A stretch of 64,000 nt of DNA from Emiliania huxleyi CCMP1516 (Eukaryota): assembly GCF_000372725.1 (NCBI RefSeq), contig NW_005201318.1:102342-166341 (forward strand), given 5' to 3'. Position numbers and translations under genes: made by a program. Every line of letters begins with the position of its first letter. Within the stretch, counting starts at the first letter, position 1. The notes under the pieces were generated by a model. That model had not been told where the DNA came from and ran no database searches. It worked only from the letters and a program-made list of their open reading frames with translations. This document shows, one piece after another, positions 1 to 11,656 of the stretch.

Positions 1-1246
1 ATCTATCGCATTTCGGAACGGGTTCGAAGGGGGCAAGGGGGGTCAGCTGGTTCCAGTCAGTGGTCAGAAAGTTGCCGCTCGGGTGACACCCGAGGCACGC
101 TATAGGACCAGCCACGAACCCCCGCGTCATGTCGGCAAAACAGCCGGACGGTGCGACTCATCGCAGTGGAGAGGGAGAGCAGCAGATCGCGGCACTCAGC
201 AGCCCGGCACATCCATCACCTCTCCAAGCACTCGCCCCATTTGCGCTCTGGCCCCGCTTTGCCTGGCAGGGCAGGGATGCCAGTCCCCAAGCCTACCGAT
301 CTGGCCCGCCGAAGGAGGAGCCGCATCGTCAGCCTATCGTAAAGCGGCGGCGCCAGGCCGGGGAGTCCCGGGAGGAGGATGTGGCTCGCGACGAGTCCGC
401 CGAGCTCAGTCTGGCCCTGGAGGCGGTGCCAGAGGCGGACGACCCGTCGCCCCTCATGATCTACCCCGCCTTCGGAGTGCTACCGCGCACCTTTGAAGAG
501 GCCGAGACGCGCGCCATGCCCCGCTCCGGGGCATTCTGACTCGCGTATGGAGAGGTGGCGGACAGCGAGCTCGTACTGTCCAAGCCTAAAGTCTGTGCAG
601 GTTGTGAGGGACACGATCCCGGAGTGAACACGCCGATCTGACAAAATCCCGAGTGCCTACCGCACGCGCCGCGTCGCGGCGCGTGCGGTTGGCTTTGTTT
701 GAAGTGAAAAGTCGAATCAGAGCGCCGTCGGCGCTGTCCCTCGTTTTCCTCCACGGACCGCCCGTCCGGCACCGCTCCGGGACGCACGCCGGCGAAACAT
801 CATCAAGCTGCTGTACGGCCCCGGCATCGCCTCCCCTGGCTTAGCTAGACTGAGAGATATTGTGCACATGGGTAGTCTCTACAATATATACACTGACACT
901 GAACCTCCCAGAGCTCGTCCCGGTCCGTAACGGCCATCCTCGGCCTCCGGAGGGCCCCCGGCCGCGGCGCGGTGCAGATCGGTGCGGCGGCGTCACAAAT
1001 CCGACCACAGAGCACCGGGACGCGGTCGGGCGATCTGAGGCCCAACTAGGCGTATGCATTGCCTATTCAGGGCTATCACCTGGAACTATCAACAGGCGCC
1101 TGCGGCGCCGTGGTCAGGAGCTGCTGTTCACGCGGGTCCACACTTTCATAGTGTCTTTTGTACAAATTGTTTATTTTCATTCTTCCTTGTGAATGGGCCG
1201 CCTCAGCGCTCAGACAGAGAGACAAACTAGAGTTGTTTGGTATTGC

Positions 1247-1250
<4 letters not shown>

Positions 1251-1322
<72 letters not shown>
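1251..1322. repeat. (TC)n microsatellite
   Basis: Pure dinucleotide run. Confidence 0.97.
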
Positions 1323-1325
<3 letters not shown>

Positions 1326-1533
1326 CAGGAGTGGCTGCGCGGTGGCAGGGAGAGTGTTCGCGATGGGGATGGTGGCCTCTCGCTCGACGGACGACGCGCT
1401 GACCACTCCACGTCGGTCGCCTGCTTGCCCCCCCGAGGCAGACGGCAGGCCTTTGGCAGGGGCGTCGAAGCGCGAGAATGTATCAAACTGGGTCGAGAGT
1501 GAGGGCTCGCCAACTAGAGAGCCGCAGCCCTCT

Positions 1534-4067
1534 CTATTCTGAAACGACGGCCTCGCGCTCGGTGGACGACGCATCAAGCACATCCACCTTCTCGCCCACT
1601 GCGGGGGGCGTCGCAACGCCGTTGAAACGTGAGAAGGCGAATCCGGTCGCGTGAGGGCTCACCATCTCGTAGTCGGACGCCGTACCAGAGATGGCCCCCT
1701 CTGCCTGGGCGCTAGTGGTGAAGGAGCCCTCCCGAGGGTACCTGTCGACCTACGGGTGGACTTTCTATTTTATCACGCTGCGTCGCTGTCAGCAGGCAAG
1801 GCGTGGGCTATCTAGGGTCACCTGGCCGTAGCGCACGAGCCCTGGCGTGGCAAACGACTGGCCTACTCGCAACACATGCTTCGTGTTGCGAGGGTTACCT
1901 GGGGCCGGCGGTGGACGGCGCAGAGCCGGCTGCCGATGATGCCATGCGGCTTGTCCCGAGACGGAGCGTTGCCGCGAGCAGCGAAGCCAATGTCGAGCCG
2001 GTGCGCGGGGCCGGCGAGCAGGCAGCCCTTGCACGAGAGCGTGCCCCGGACCGACACGGTCCAGTTGCGGAATGCGAAGGTGGCGCTCGAGTGGTCCATC
2101 GCCATCTTGAGGTCGAAGCACTCCTTCTTGCCTCGGAACCCGAACTTGAATGGGCGGCCGACGCAGGTCCCGTTGATCACCCTCCATCCAAAGTTGTTTG
2201 GGTCGAGCTCGGACGCCCAGAATGACGCGGTGGCGAGCTTCCGCGAGGAGAGCTGCGCGGTGACGTGGGCCTCGGTGAGGAAGGAGCCGTTGACCTTGAG
2301 AGCGCCGCCGTGTAGCGTGAAAATCGCCTCCTCCGTCTTGACGTTGACTGATAGGTCTGGCACGGACAGAAAGTTGTACAGCGCGTTGTGGCGGCCGCGG
2401 AGGTCAGCAGAGCCTCCATACGCAAAGTTTATGTGCGGATCTTTAACGGCCCGGCCCGTCGGAACTGATACCGCGCCGGGGGGCGGCAAGGGGGCAGGGG
2501 GTGCCGAGGGAAAGGGCGGCATGGGTGCGTACATGAGCGGGTTTGGATCGGAAGCGCCGACGTACTCAATCTGGGGGCAAGGCGCCACACCCCAGCACCA
2601 GCCTACCCCCCCAGTCTCAGACTCGCCCCCCGCACACCCGATGGTTGGGGTTGTCTTTGTCGGCCTCTTTAGGGGACTGAAGTAGCCCATCATGCCAGTG
2701 TTGAAACCTTGGTCGTTGACTGTCCATACGAGCCCAAACTGTGGGTCTGCTGGATCGATCTCCTGGCAGTCGGGGTACTTGGTGCACCAAAGGTGGCCCT
2801 TGTCGTCGCCCAGAGCGCAGCCAGGCGTCGGCTTGGCGCTAGAAGCCAGATTGCAGTTTTGTAGCGGTTGCTGCTCGTCGGTTAGGGTGTCCAGCAAGCG
2901 GGCAAAAGGCCCCTCTGGGTCGTGGTCAAAGACAACGCAGTCTGACTGCCCGCCAGAAATAGGGCACGTCGCAAAGTAGATGGTGTTCGCATACATCTTT
3001 CCTGGTGCGCGTGGGGTATATGGAGCCATGGATCCACTTTTCAGGTACTGCGCGTCGTTCTTGATGGGCGGGTTGCGCTGGTTCCAAATAAAGTACTCCT
3101 GTTTGCGCGAAGATTGATACGCATGCCGCACGGCACCGCAATGCGCGCGATAGTTGTCCCACCACGGGTAGAAGAGCACGCACATATGAATCATGCGGCC
3201 AGTATTGACGGCGTAGCGCCCGCAAATTTCTTGCTGCTCCTCTTCGGACTGATCGGAATCGGGGCCGAGCCGCAGTTCTGGAATCAGCGGCGCACAATAG
3301 CCGCGGTGCTCGTTGGGGCACATATTCATGTCCAGGACGTAGGAATTCTTGCCGATTCCGCCGGCCTCCTCGGAACATATGCCAGGGCACGTCGTACTCC
3401 TAGGGTCGGTCCCGCCGCATGCGTCCTGTGTCGAGAGGAGGGTGCGCCCTGCCAGTACATGGCAGAGCCCACGAGGATTCCACCCGTGCATCCGATTCTC
3501 ACGACGCGTATCGCCCGATGATCCGCGGCAATCCTGCCCACACTCGTAGGAGAAGTCCGCGTTTGGTCCGTCTTGGTAGGTCGTATCAACGGTCGTTGGA
3601 CAGGTCCAGGTATTCCTCCAGTCTGCCAATGTCCGAGTGTTGGCATCGCAGCTGAGCACATAGTCATACTCCTGGACAACGGAGGGTTCGCAACGGCCAT
3701 AGTTCACGGCGCTGTATGTATCCCATACAACATTGGTTGGTCTCGCAGCGCGAGGGTCGTTGATCCAGCCAACGCTAGCGAGCGATGGGTCGAGTGAGTT
3801 TATGCAGTCGCGACAAGCGTGGCAAGCGTACCCATCATCAGTCCATTCGGAACCAGGACCAGCCCAGGACGCTCTCTTGACAGACGTCTTTCCGTTGCAG
3901 CCCGGCTGAGCGCTGCTCCAAAAGCAGAGTTCGGTGCAGTTGACGCAGTCAAGCTCGTACCGGGGAGATGTTTCGGACAGTTGCAGATTTGAATCAACCC
4001 AGTAGCTGCCGGCTGCATAAGGCACGACGAGCAGGACTGCGACGGAAAGGGCCGGAGGCACGCGCAT
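1534..4067 (-). CDS. Secreted Cys-rich protein with Pro linker and C-terminal KDPH (VWD-like) module; 3 exons
   Basis: ATG 4067 gives signal peptide MRVPPALSVAVLLVVPYAAG. Cys-rich N-terminus, Pro linker, then KDPHINFAYGGSADLRGRHNALYNFLS. Removing introns 1863-1933 (GC-AG) and 1750-1821 (GT-AG) gives PHGIIGQSF...VDRYPREGSFTTSAQAEGAISG...FSRF, colinear with the paralog at 12442-13901. Stop TAG at 1534. Confidence 0.85.
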
Positions 4068-4474
4068 ATTGTGTTCTACTGAGAATGCGCACGATAAGCC
4101 AAATTGGGGTGAATTGGAAATGGCAAATAGCGCAAAGCGCCCGCCGTCCGAATTCGCCAAATACAAATCGGAGAATCGCTACACAGCGCATATACACACC
4201 GTAAACACATCTCACATGAGTCATGACCGAAATGCGAAATCCGAAAATGTGTTTCGTTTGGATGAAAAGTTACAAAGTTTCTCCCTGTGAGGTATGAGCT
4301 GTGTGCACAGCGCCGGGATACGCACACCCTGGACGCTGGAGCCACAGACACACTGCTCGAGCCTCGACGTGGCCCCAGCAGCTCGCGCGCCGCGGTCGGT
4401 CTCCCCGGCAAGCAAAAGGTTCAATGGCTCGGCTCCAGTCCCCCCCCTCCACCCCCCGTCGACGCGCGTCCCCG

Positions 4475-5975
4475 CTAGACAATGTTGAGCGAGTCGATGA
4501 GCCAGCGCCCATTGTGCCTGGAGAGCATGAACTCGATCAGCGTCCAGCTCTCCTCGCCCGAGCGTCGCACGAGCACTGTCTGCTCCGCCGTCGAGCCAAC
4601 CTGCTCGCGGGAGCGGCGGCTGAGGGCGTCGCGAGGCGACGGTGGTCGCCTCGGGCGACACAGGGCGAACGCACCCAGTCGCCGCCTCCGCCCTCCTCCT
4701 CCTCCTCCCACCTCCTCCACCTCGTCCCACTGCGTCAGGATCGCATAGTGCGGCTCGTCGAGGTACGTCGCAAACGTGGCGGGCGTGAGCTGCGCCGCCG
4801 GGTTGGTCGGCGAGCAATAGCGGATGGCAACCTCTGCGCCGTACAGTGGGTACGGCGGCTCGTCCCTCAGCGCGCGCAGCACCTGCAGCAATATTCGCGT
4901 GCCGCCGCTCGTGACACTCACAGCACGCGCGAGGCTCGAGGCTCCTGTGGCAGCGCGTGCGCACCTTTGTGACGACGTCGTGCGGCGACTGCGCTGCGTC
5001 GGCGGTCGCGCGGACGCCGTCCGTGACAAGGCGCGCAAAGGACCCCGCCGCACTGGCCTACGAAGCCGGTTCGGGGAGAGAGCCGCGGTCGAGGTGGGGC
5101 CTGGGGTAGGGCGTGTGCGTCCAATCTGCTCTGGGGAGAGGCGTGATGCGACGCGCCTGCTGGTTGACCTTGGAGAGCAGGGCGGAGAACTCGCCGAAGG
5201 TGATCGCGCCGTCGCCGTCCGTGTCGGTCGCCGCGGCGAGCGCCTCGGCCTGCTCGCGGGGGAAGCCGAGCGAAGCGACGACACCGACGAACGACTCTGG
5301 CGAGATGGCGCCGCTCTCGTCCGTGTCGAGCTGTGCGAAGATCTGTCGCCGCTCGGGCTCCTCGAGGGGCGCGAGCGGCTCGACGGCGGCCAGCTCGGCG
5401 TCGTCGGGCTCGTCCACGAAGACCGCCTCCACCATCCACTGCGAGGCGCCGCTGCCCTCCACCTCCTTGGAGGTCAGCAGCCAACGCACGGAAGTCCACG
5501 TGGCGTCGGCCGACGCGCGGACGGACGTCTGCTGGTAGGCTTCGCCCTGGATGAGCGTTGTGTCGCCATCCCAGCGGTACTCGTCCCACCCGAGCAGACT
5601 CGCCTTGTGAGGCTGCCGAAGATACCGAGCAAAAGACGCCGCTGAGTACTTTCCGGACCGCTCAAAGTCAGCGCGGTACTGGTGCGTCGGCGAGATGAAG
5701 CGGAGGGCCGCCTCGTAGCCACCGGTGCCCCGGTTGGAGCGGTGTAGCGCGTGGAGCATCGTCGCGACCACCTCACGGGGCTGCAGCGCAGGCGCAGGAG
5801 ACGCGGTGGCGAGCGCAGCGCTGTCCGTCTCGGACGGCGGGCCGTGCGGCTGCGAGGTCTTCGCGATCGCCTCAAAGCAGGCGGGCGGGCGGGCGACACG
5901 CGGACGCGAGCATCTGGGGGCAGACGCGCGGAACGCGACGGAGCTGGTGATCAGGTAGGAATAGAGCAACATCAT
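4475..5975 (-). CDS. Probable plastid-targeted protein: two copies of an uncharacterised algal/plant domain flanking an EF-hand pair; spliced
   Basis: Leader MMLLYSYLITSSVAFRAS resembles a bipartite signal with an AF-like motif. EF loops DTDESGAISPESF and DTDGDGAITFGEF. Repeated motifs YEAALRFISP...FARYL and GAEVAIRYCSP...FATYL lie in different frames, so there are intron(s) at about 4900-5160. Confidence 0.7.
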
Positions 5976-6131
5976 TTTGCAGGAGGCGGCGAGAAGAATT
6001 GCGGCAGCCCAGCCGCCAAAGGCTCCAGGTTCGAGGATCGCTTTGCTTTGCGGCTCCCTGCCCATCTCCCTGGAGATGACTGCTCTATTTATTTATTTAT
6101 CCCTGCCCATCAACACTAACGTATTCGTAAC

Positions 6132-7625
6132 TCACTTCTCTCCTGCCGGTGTGTCTGGTGCTCGCGCGACGTGGCACTCCGAGGTCGACGATACCGTTCC
6201 CGGCTCGCCGACGCCCACGCTGCTGCTCGGCGTCGGCTCGGGGCCACTCGGCTCGGGCTGCTGCTCCTCGGTGCGGGCGCCGCTGTCACCGGCACCGGCA
6301 CCGGCAGCAGCGGCGGAGAGCAGCCTCCGCTCGAGCTCGTTTGCTGCCTGTGGGGGCGCCTGCGGGTCGAGCGGGGCGCGGCGGCGCGGCGGCGACTTGG
6401 CCCCCTGCTGCGCGCGCTGTAGGAGGCCGTCCACCTGCACCAGACGCGGCGGCGGGGGGAGGGGTGGGGCCCCCGTGGTGCGGCGTGGGCACGGGATGTC
6501 AGGTCTGGGCCGTCCTGCTTGAGCCGGAGAAGCAGCCCGCAGCCCAGGAAGATGCAGAGCCAGTTGATGACCACCATGGCGACGCCTGTAGGGCGCGGGG
6601 CCGTCCGATATCGAGGGGTGGGTGGGGGTGGGCGCGCCGGTGCCGGCGTGGTGCGGTGCCAAGCATCGCCGCCCGCAGCTTGGAGGCGGCCATCTCTTGG
6701 TCCTGCGAGAGAGCGGCGCGTGCCGAGAGGACGAGGTTGATGCCAGAGCCGACCACGGGTGGAAGGATGGAGGTTGCAATGGCGACTCCAACCACGGTGT
6801 CGGAGAGCGCGCTCGTGACCTATTACACACCAACGTGAACTGCTGGCGGGATGAAGGGGACCACGCACGGAGCTATCTGACGGACAGGTAGACCGCGAGG
6901 GCGAGGGCGGCGCCGGAAGGCAGCGCGATGAGCGCGCCGACGAGCAGGTCGGCCTGTTTGTAGTGGAGCACCTCCAGCGTCGGGTCCTCCTCGTGCGGAT
7001 CTGCCAACGAGCCGCTGGCGATGCAGACTCCGCCGACAAGGCTGCCCACGAGCAGGCAGAGCAGCAGTCCGGCGCACTCGTTGCGACACCCCTTGTACAC
7101 CATCCGCTTGTCACCGACGCAGGTGCCGAGTGTCTGCGCCATGATTGGAGCCATCAGAGGGCTGAGCAACATGGACGCCGTCACGAAGATTGGTTGGTCG
7201 GTGGCAAGACCGACGGCGCAAACGGTCGAGGCGATCGCCGTCGTGAGGACAAAGTCGAAGGTGAAGTGGAACGTCTCGTCGATTCGCTGGTAAATCTCGT
7301 CGAGTGACGTGCGGTCGCTCACGCGGACGCGGCGTCGCCGAGGGCCGCTCCCGCCGCGTCGGGCATATGGGGTGGAGGAGAGCACCTCCAGCACCTCCAG
7401 CCGCCCGTGCGCTGGCGTGGTGCAGCCGAGACCGTGGTTGGCGAGCGTCTCTAGCACGCGTGCCTTGGCGAGGGAGGTCAGCGTGAAGAGCAGCAGCACT
7501 ACCTCGTCGCCAGCGCGGACACCGCGCAGCTCCGTGTGCGGAACGCCGGCCTCGGTGAGCACGCGCCGCGCCGACTCGAGCGGCGCCATCGAGGCGGCCG
7601 GGAGTGTGAGTTGGCCTTGACGCAT
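6132..7625 (-). CDS. DUF389 family multi-pass membrane protein; spliced
   Basis: Motifs IASTVCAVGLATDQPIFVTASMLLSPLMAPI, LIALPSGAALALA and VGVAIATSILPP are typical of DUF389. Exons lie in several frames. Start codon uncertain. Confidence 0.8.
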
Positions 7626-7807
7626 CGTGCTCAAACTGCTCGCGCGCTAGGCAGGCGGTCGAAGGCGGCCGATATGCGATGGCGGTCAATGGCGGCGCGA
7701 GGGTAGACGAAAAGGCGGCTCGATGGCGGCGCTAGGGATCCGTCGAAGGCCGGGGGGGGATATCGTTTTCTTTTTGGGCGACAGTCTCCCTACAAATCGA
7801 GGGAGAG

Positions 7808-7942
7808 CGCCTCTACATCGCTCTACATCTGCATCGCTCTGTCCCGCGCCGGATGTAGAGCTCTACAGCTCGACAGCGCTCTACATCTCTACAGCTCTAC
7901 AGCGCTCTATACACTCTACATCCTCTACACCCTCCCTCACAG
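7808..7942. repeat. Degenerate CTCTACA tandem repeat
   Basis: Many ctctaca(t/g/c) units in about 130 bp, including one inverted copy (tgtagag). Confidence 0.7.
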
Positions 7943-8865
7943 AAGAAATTTCGCCACCCCGCACCCGGGTAGGAACCTGGAAACGACAGTTCGCTTGGGT
8001 AATCTGGAAACGACATATCATTTCGCCGTGATCGGGGCCGTGTTGGGTGAAAAGCGCCGAAATATTTATCCATCGGATTATTACATGTGAAAAGGCTTCC
8101 TGTCAGCATGTATTCTTTTTTGGCTTCTGATTCCGGGGTAGCAAGGGTAGGTCTGGGCCCTCCTGGTCGGGTGTTTCCCTCTCTCCAATTTTCACAGCAG
8201 AAAAAGAATTTAGCAGGCGGCCGTGACCCACAGGTGGTTGCTTCCCCCAGGATTAGTCTTCTCTGCCTGCGGGCTCGTATGTCCTTCTCGGCAGCTCGCC
8301 TCGCCGACCTACCTCGTCTGGTGCCCTTACCCGCGCCCGGCGTGTGCCTCGCCAGCTCGAGCAGGACCGTGAAGAGGACGGAGTGGAACGCCGCCGATGC
8401 GGCGTACGCCCCTTCCCCCTCGCTCTTCTCCCTCCCGAGGTCTTGCAGCTGCCCCTGTATGTGCGACACGATCCTCGCGTGCGAGGTGGTGGGGAGTTGC
8501 TCCCCCGTCGCCTCGAGTCGTCTACGTCAAGTAGGAGGCCATCCACCTTCCCGCCCCCCCCCCTCCCACCCAGGGCTCGTACCTGCGCGAGGTCGTCTAG
8601 GCGGCCGCCGGCCGCCTCCTTCCCTCTGCGCGCCGGCGCCAGCACGTCTGCCCCTACCACCGACGTCGAGCCCATTGCGCACACGCGTCGTAGCGGAAAG
8701 GAATGTTCCGCAAATCACGCAACCCTGCCCAAATGGGTGATCTGATGCTTGTAGGGTTTGAGAGTGACCTGCCATGTACCGGAGTGATTTTTAGTTTCCT
8801 GATTGGATATCTCCTCTCTGGCCAAGCAAAAAAAGAACACACTGCGTTCTGCGCGGAGAAGACCT

Positions 8866-8993
8866 CGCGATGTAACCCGATTGTGAGCGTGAAACTGCCG
8901 ATGCGATTGCTAGCGTAAGGCAGAGGCGAGGGCTGCAGAGTTTTCAGCATCAGGTCTGGCCAAGCAAAAAAGCTCCAATCGGGTTACATCGCG
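8866..8993. mobile_element. Small MITE-like element with 18-bp terminal inverted repeat
   Basis: cgcgatgtaacccgattg (8866-8883) and caatcgggttacatcgcg (8976-8993) are a perfect inverted pair. Confidence 0.5.
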
Positions 8994-9099
8994 GTTAGTG
9001 GTGCACTAACCTCCGAGAAACCCTTCGGGTCGCTCCTCATCCATCGCAAACCCTGTCAGCAGAGTCCTCCGGCGGGAATGAATGTACGTAAGAGCCACA

Positions 9100-9370
9100 T
9101 ACACTGAGAGAGAGAGAGCCGCGCGTAGGGCCCTTAGGGGCCTAGAGAACACAACCCCCTCTCCCTTTTCTCCTCGCCGTGCAAAGCTCGCTTCCGAGCT
9201 CTCACGCCGCGCGTAGGGCCCTTAGGGCTTAGTTAGGGGCCTAGAGAACACAACCCCCTCTCCCTTTTCTCCCAGTAAGCTAAAAGTACGTACACTGAGA
9301 GAGAGGGCCCTTAGGGGCCTAGAGAACACAACCCCCTCTCCCTTTTCTCCCAGTAAGCTAAAAGTATCCC
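9100..9370. repeat. Three-copy tandem repeat (about 45-bp core)
   Basis: ttaggggcctagagaacacaaccccctctcc(c)ttttctcc occurs near 9133, 9232 and 9311. Confidence 0.85.
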
Positions 9371-9423
9371 CTGTACTCGTATCCCTCTCTTCCCGCCCTG
9401 ATGTTGGTGCATTCATCACTCAG

Positions 9424-9940
9424 GTGTGGTGGTCCGAAAGCACCGGCAACTTCGGCTCGCCGACGGCGCTCCAGCTTCTGCTCCGCACGCTCCTCGCTGC
9501 TTGGCGCGTGTGGCGCCTTCTGCAGGCCTCCCCCCTCCTCCGCGCCTCGTGGCATCGGCAGGCGCGCTCGCCAAACACGCTCGGCGCGGAGCAGTACAAG
9601 ATGATTTGGGTCTGCCGAGATGCTGAGCTAGCGGCCGGCTACATCCCGCGGGTCAACCTGCTGGTGGACGAGCTGCACCGTAGCCTGTACGGCAAGCCGG
9701 CTACCGCCTCCGAGTGGAAAGACCGGCTTGGCCACTTCATCGACTTCACAATCTACGTCACTGACACCGACGACGACAGCGTGGCACGCCTCAAACGCAC
9801 CGCGTCGGCAACGAACCCGCACCTGTTTGGAGCTCGGTTCGGACCGTGGTACCTGCGGAAGGCAGCATCGTCTACGAGCGGCCGGACCTCCTCGATGTGA
9901 TCCTCACGGAGAAGCAGCGGCAGATCGTCAACTCCACGGT
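9424..9940 (+). pseudogene. Coding fragment, possibly the NAD-binding tail of a ferric reductase/NOX-like protein
   Basis: KMIWVCRD, FTIYVT and (next frame) IVYERPDL resemble FIWVxR, IYVT and GRPD motifs. Begins at an acceptor AG with no upstream exons found. Confidence 0.3.
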
Positions 9941-10363
9941 CTCGGGGCGAAGGGGTCGCCCGCCTTCACAGTCCCCTGCCCCCCGCCCGCACCTCGGAGA
10001 ACGAGTGTGTTGCGCCCTTCGGCGTGGCACTCCTGGACACCACTTTTCTGGCCCTCTGTGCTCTGATACGTGCCAGCTCTGTTTTTGTGTTGCTCCCGGA
10101 CTGAGTCCCCTCTTGCGTACGTACACTGCTCCCGCCGTGGAATGCTGAGCAGTTACTATTGGGGTCCCGTACCATGCGGAATCGACCCTATCCAGTGCTC
10201 AAGTGCTCAAGTTACTATTGAACCGAAAACCCTTGGCCAATCATCGCTCCCGACCGGCGACGTGGCCAAGGTGGAAAGGAGCACACGGACGGAAACTCGG
10301 GACGCGTCCGTCCCGCTACGCCGTACGCGCTAGACTCTACTAGCCGCTCCGCTTAGGCGCGCA

Positions 10364-11656
10364 ATGACTTTCACTACCCAGCTGTCTCACTACGAGCCAG
10401 ACACGCGGCGCCGCGTCACCTACCTGCGCGCGCGAGCCGACGACGACCCGCCAGCCTACGCCGGGTCGACGCAGACGCTCGAGACGGTCATCCACGACGC
10501 GCGGGCCAGCTCTCAGTCTCACACGCTTGACGAGTCAGCGTTTGCGCTCGTCCAGCATCCGACGGCGCTGAAAAATGAGGACTTCTACTCGGAGCGCGTG
10601 GTGAGCGACTACTACGCCGAGATGCAGGATCTGCTGAAGAAGCACACCGGAGCCACGCACGCCAAAATTTTTCACCACCAAGTACGCTGCGCGGAGAAGA
10701 GCAACGCGTCCGTTGCAAAGGACGGTTCGTTCGACACGTCGACCTCGGTGCAAGGATACGCGCACGGGATCCATACCGACTCGAGCGGCCCACACGCCGA
10801 GACGCTGTGGCGGCACTTTGTGCAGGGCGAGCCTGCCGCGTGCAGAACCGGACGCTTCGTGTACATCAACGCCTGGCGCAACATCTCGTCTTCGCCCATC
10901 GAGCAGGACCACTTGGCAGTCCTCGACGAGCGCTCGCTGGTGAAGCCAGACGACTATGTCCACGTCGATCTGAAGGGCGTGGGCTACGACGTGCTGCAAT
11001 ACGGCCTCTCCTCGCGGAACGCGGGCCGCCATCGCTGGTTCTACTTTCCCAAGATGGTTCGGGACGAAGTGCTCCTCTTTAAGCAGTACGACAGCGACTG
11101 CAGCAAGAGCGGGAGGTGTTGCTTCCACACGGCCGTGCGCGACCCGACTGCTCGCGCCGACGCCCCGCCGCGCGAGTCCATCGAGGTGCGTGCGATTCTC
11201 TTTTTTGCGAATCACGAAGGCCCAAACACCTGCCCGGTGCTACCCGCCGAGGAGGGCGCGACGGACGACGGCTGCGACGAGGCTCGCGCCCGCGAGGGCG
11301 CTACCAAGCTTGCCGGCGCGTGCACGTTTGTCAAGAGCAATGCCATGTACCGCGCAATGGTTCAGAAGCACATGAAGGCCGACTATGAGACTGGCGGCGC
11401 GCTGGCGGTGATTCGCAAGTTTGCGGACGACGAGCAAGGCACCCTTGGCCTCAAGAGTGCGAGCGCGGAGACGAAGGAGCGCGCGGCGCAGCTGGCGTTC
11501 GGCGCGGGGCTGGCGAAGCGGGACGTCGATGAGCTCTTCTGCGGCCCCTCGGCGGCGGTGCTCTTTCTGCAGTCGCTCCAGCAGTCGCGACTCGCCGCGG
11601 CAATGGCAGGGTGCGCCATCGGAGCGCTAGTGGCTGGCCGCCTCGCCGCTCGATAA
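10364..11656 (+). CDS. CmcJ/NvfI/AsaB (GA4-desaturase-like) oxidoreductase; single exon
   Basis: HTD motif, YINAWRNI, LAVLDERSL, HRWFYFPKMVRDEVLLFKQYDS, FHTAVRDP and PPRESIEVR are hallmark motifs of the family. Confidence 0.88.
   Translation: MTFTTQLSHYEPDTRRRVTYLRARADDDPPAYAGSTQTLETVIHDARASSQSHTLDESAFALVQHPTALKNEDFYSERVVSDYYAEMQDLLKKHTGATHAKIFHHQVRCAEKSNASVAKDGSFDTSTSVQGYAHGIHTDSSGPHAETLWRHFVQGEPAACRTGRFVYINAWRNISSSPIEQDHLAVLDERSLVKPDDYVHVDLKGVGYDVLQYGLSSRNAGRHRWFYFPKMVRDEVLLFKQYDSDCSKSGRCCFHTAVRDPTARADAPPRESIEVRAILFFANHEGPNTCPVLPAEEGATDDGCDEARAREGATKLAGACTFVKSNAMYRAMVQKHMKADYETGGALAVIRKFADDEQGTLGLKSASAETKERAAQLAFGAGLAKRDVDELFCGPSAAVLFLQSLQQSRLAAAMAGCAIGALVAGRLAAR

Noticed and set aside
83..844. 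Short overlapping ORFs at the window start
   Set aside because: No recognisable motif or consistent coding signal; may be a repeat remnant.
1076..1616. ORFs with ERERER/LSLSLS runs (also at 27412-28112 and 63039-63976)
   Set aside because: Translations of microsatellites.
4284..7942. ctgtgagg / cctcacag as possible TIRs around two genes
   Set aside because: Only 8 bp of complementarity; expected by chance.
7897..8775. ORFs 7897-8469 and 8087-8740
   Set aside because: No domain motifs; could not build a credible gene model.
9100..9370. Repeat-spacer appearance suggesting CRISPR
   Set aside because: Spacers are themselves partly repeated and uneven, there are no cas genes, and the context is eukaryotic.
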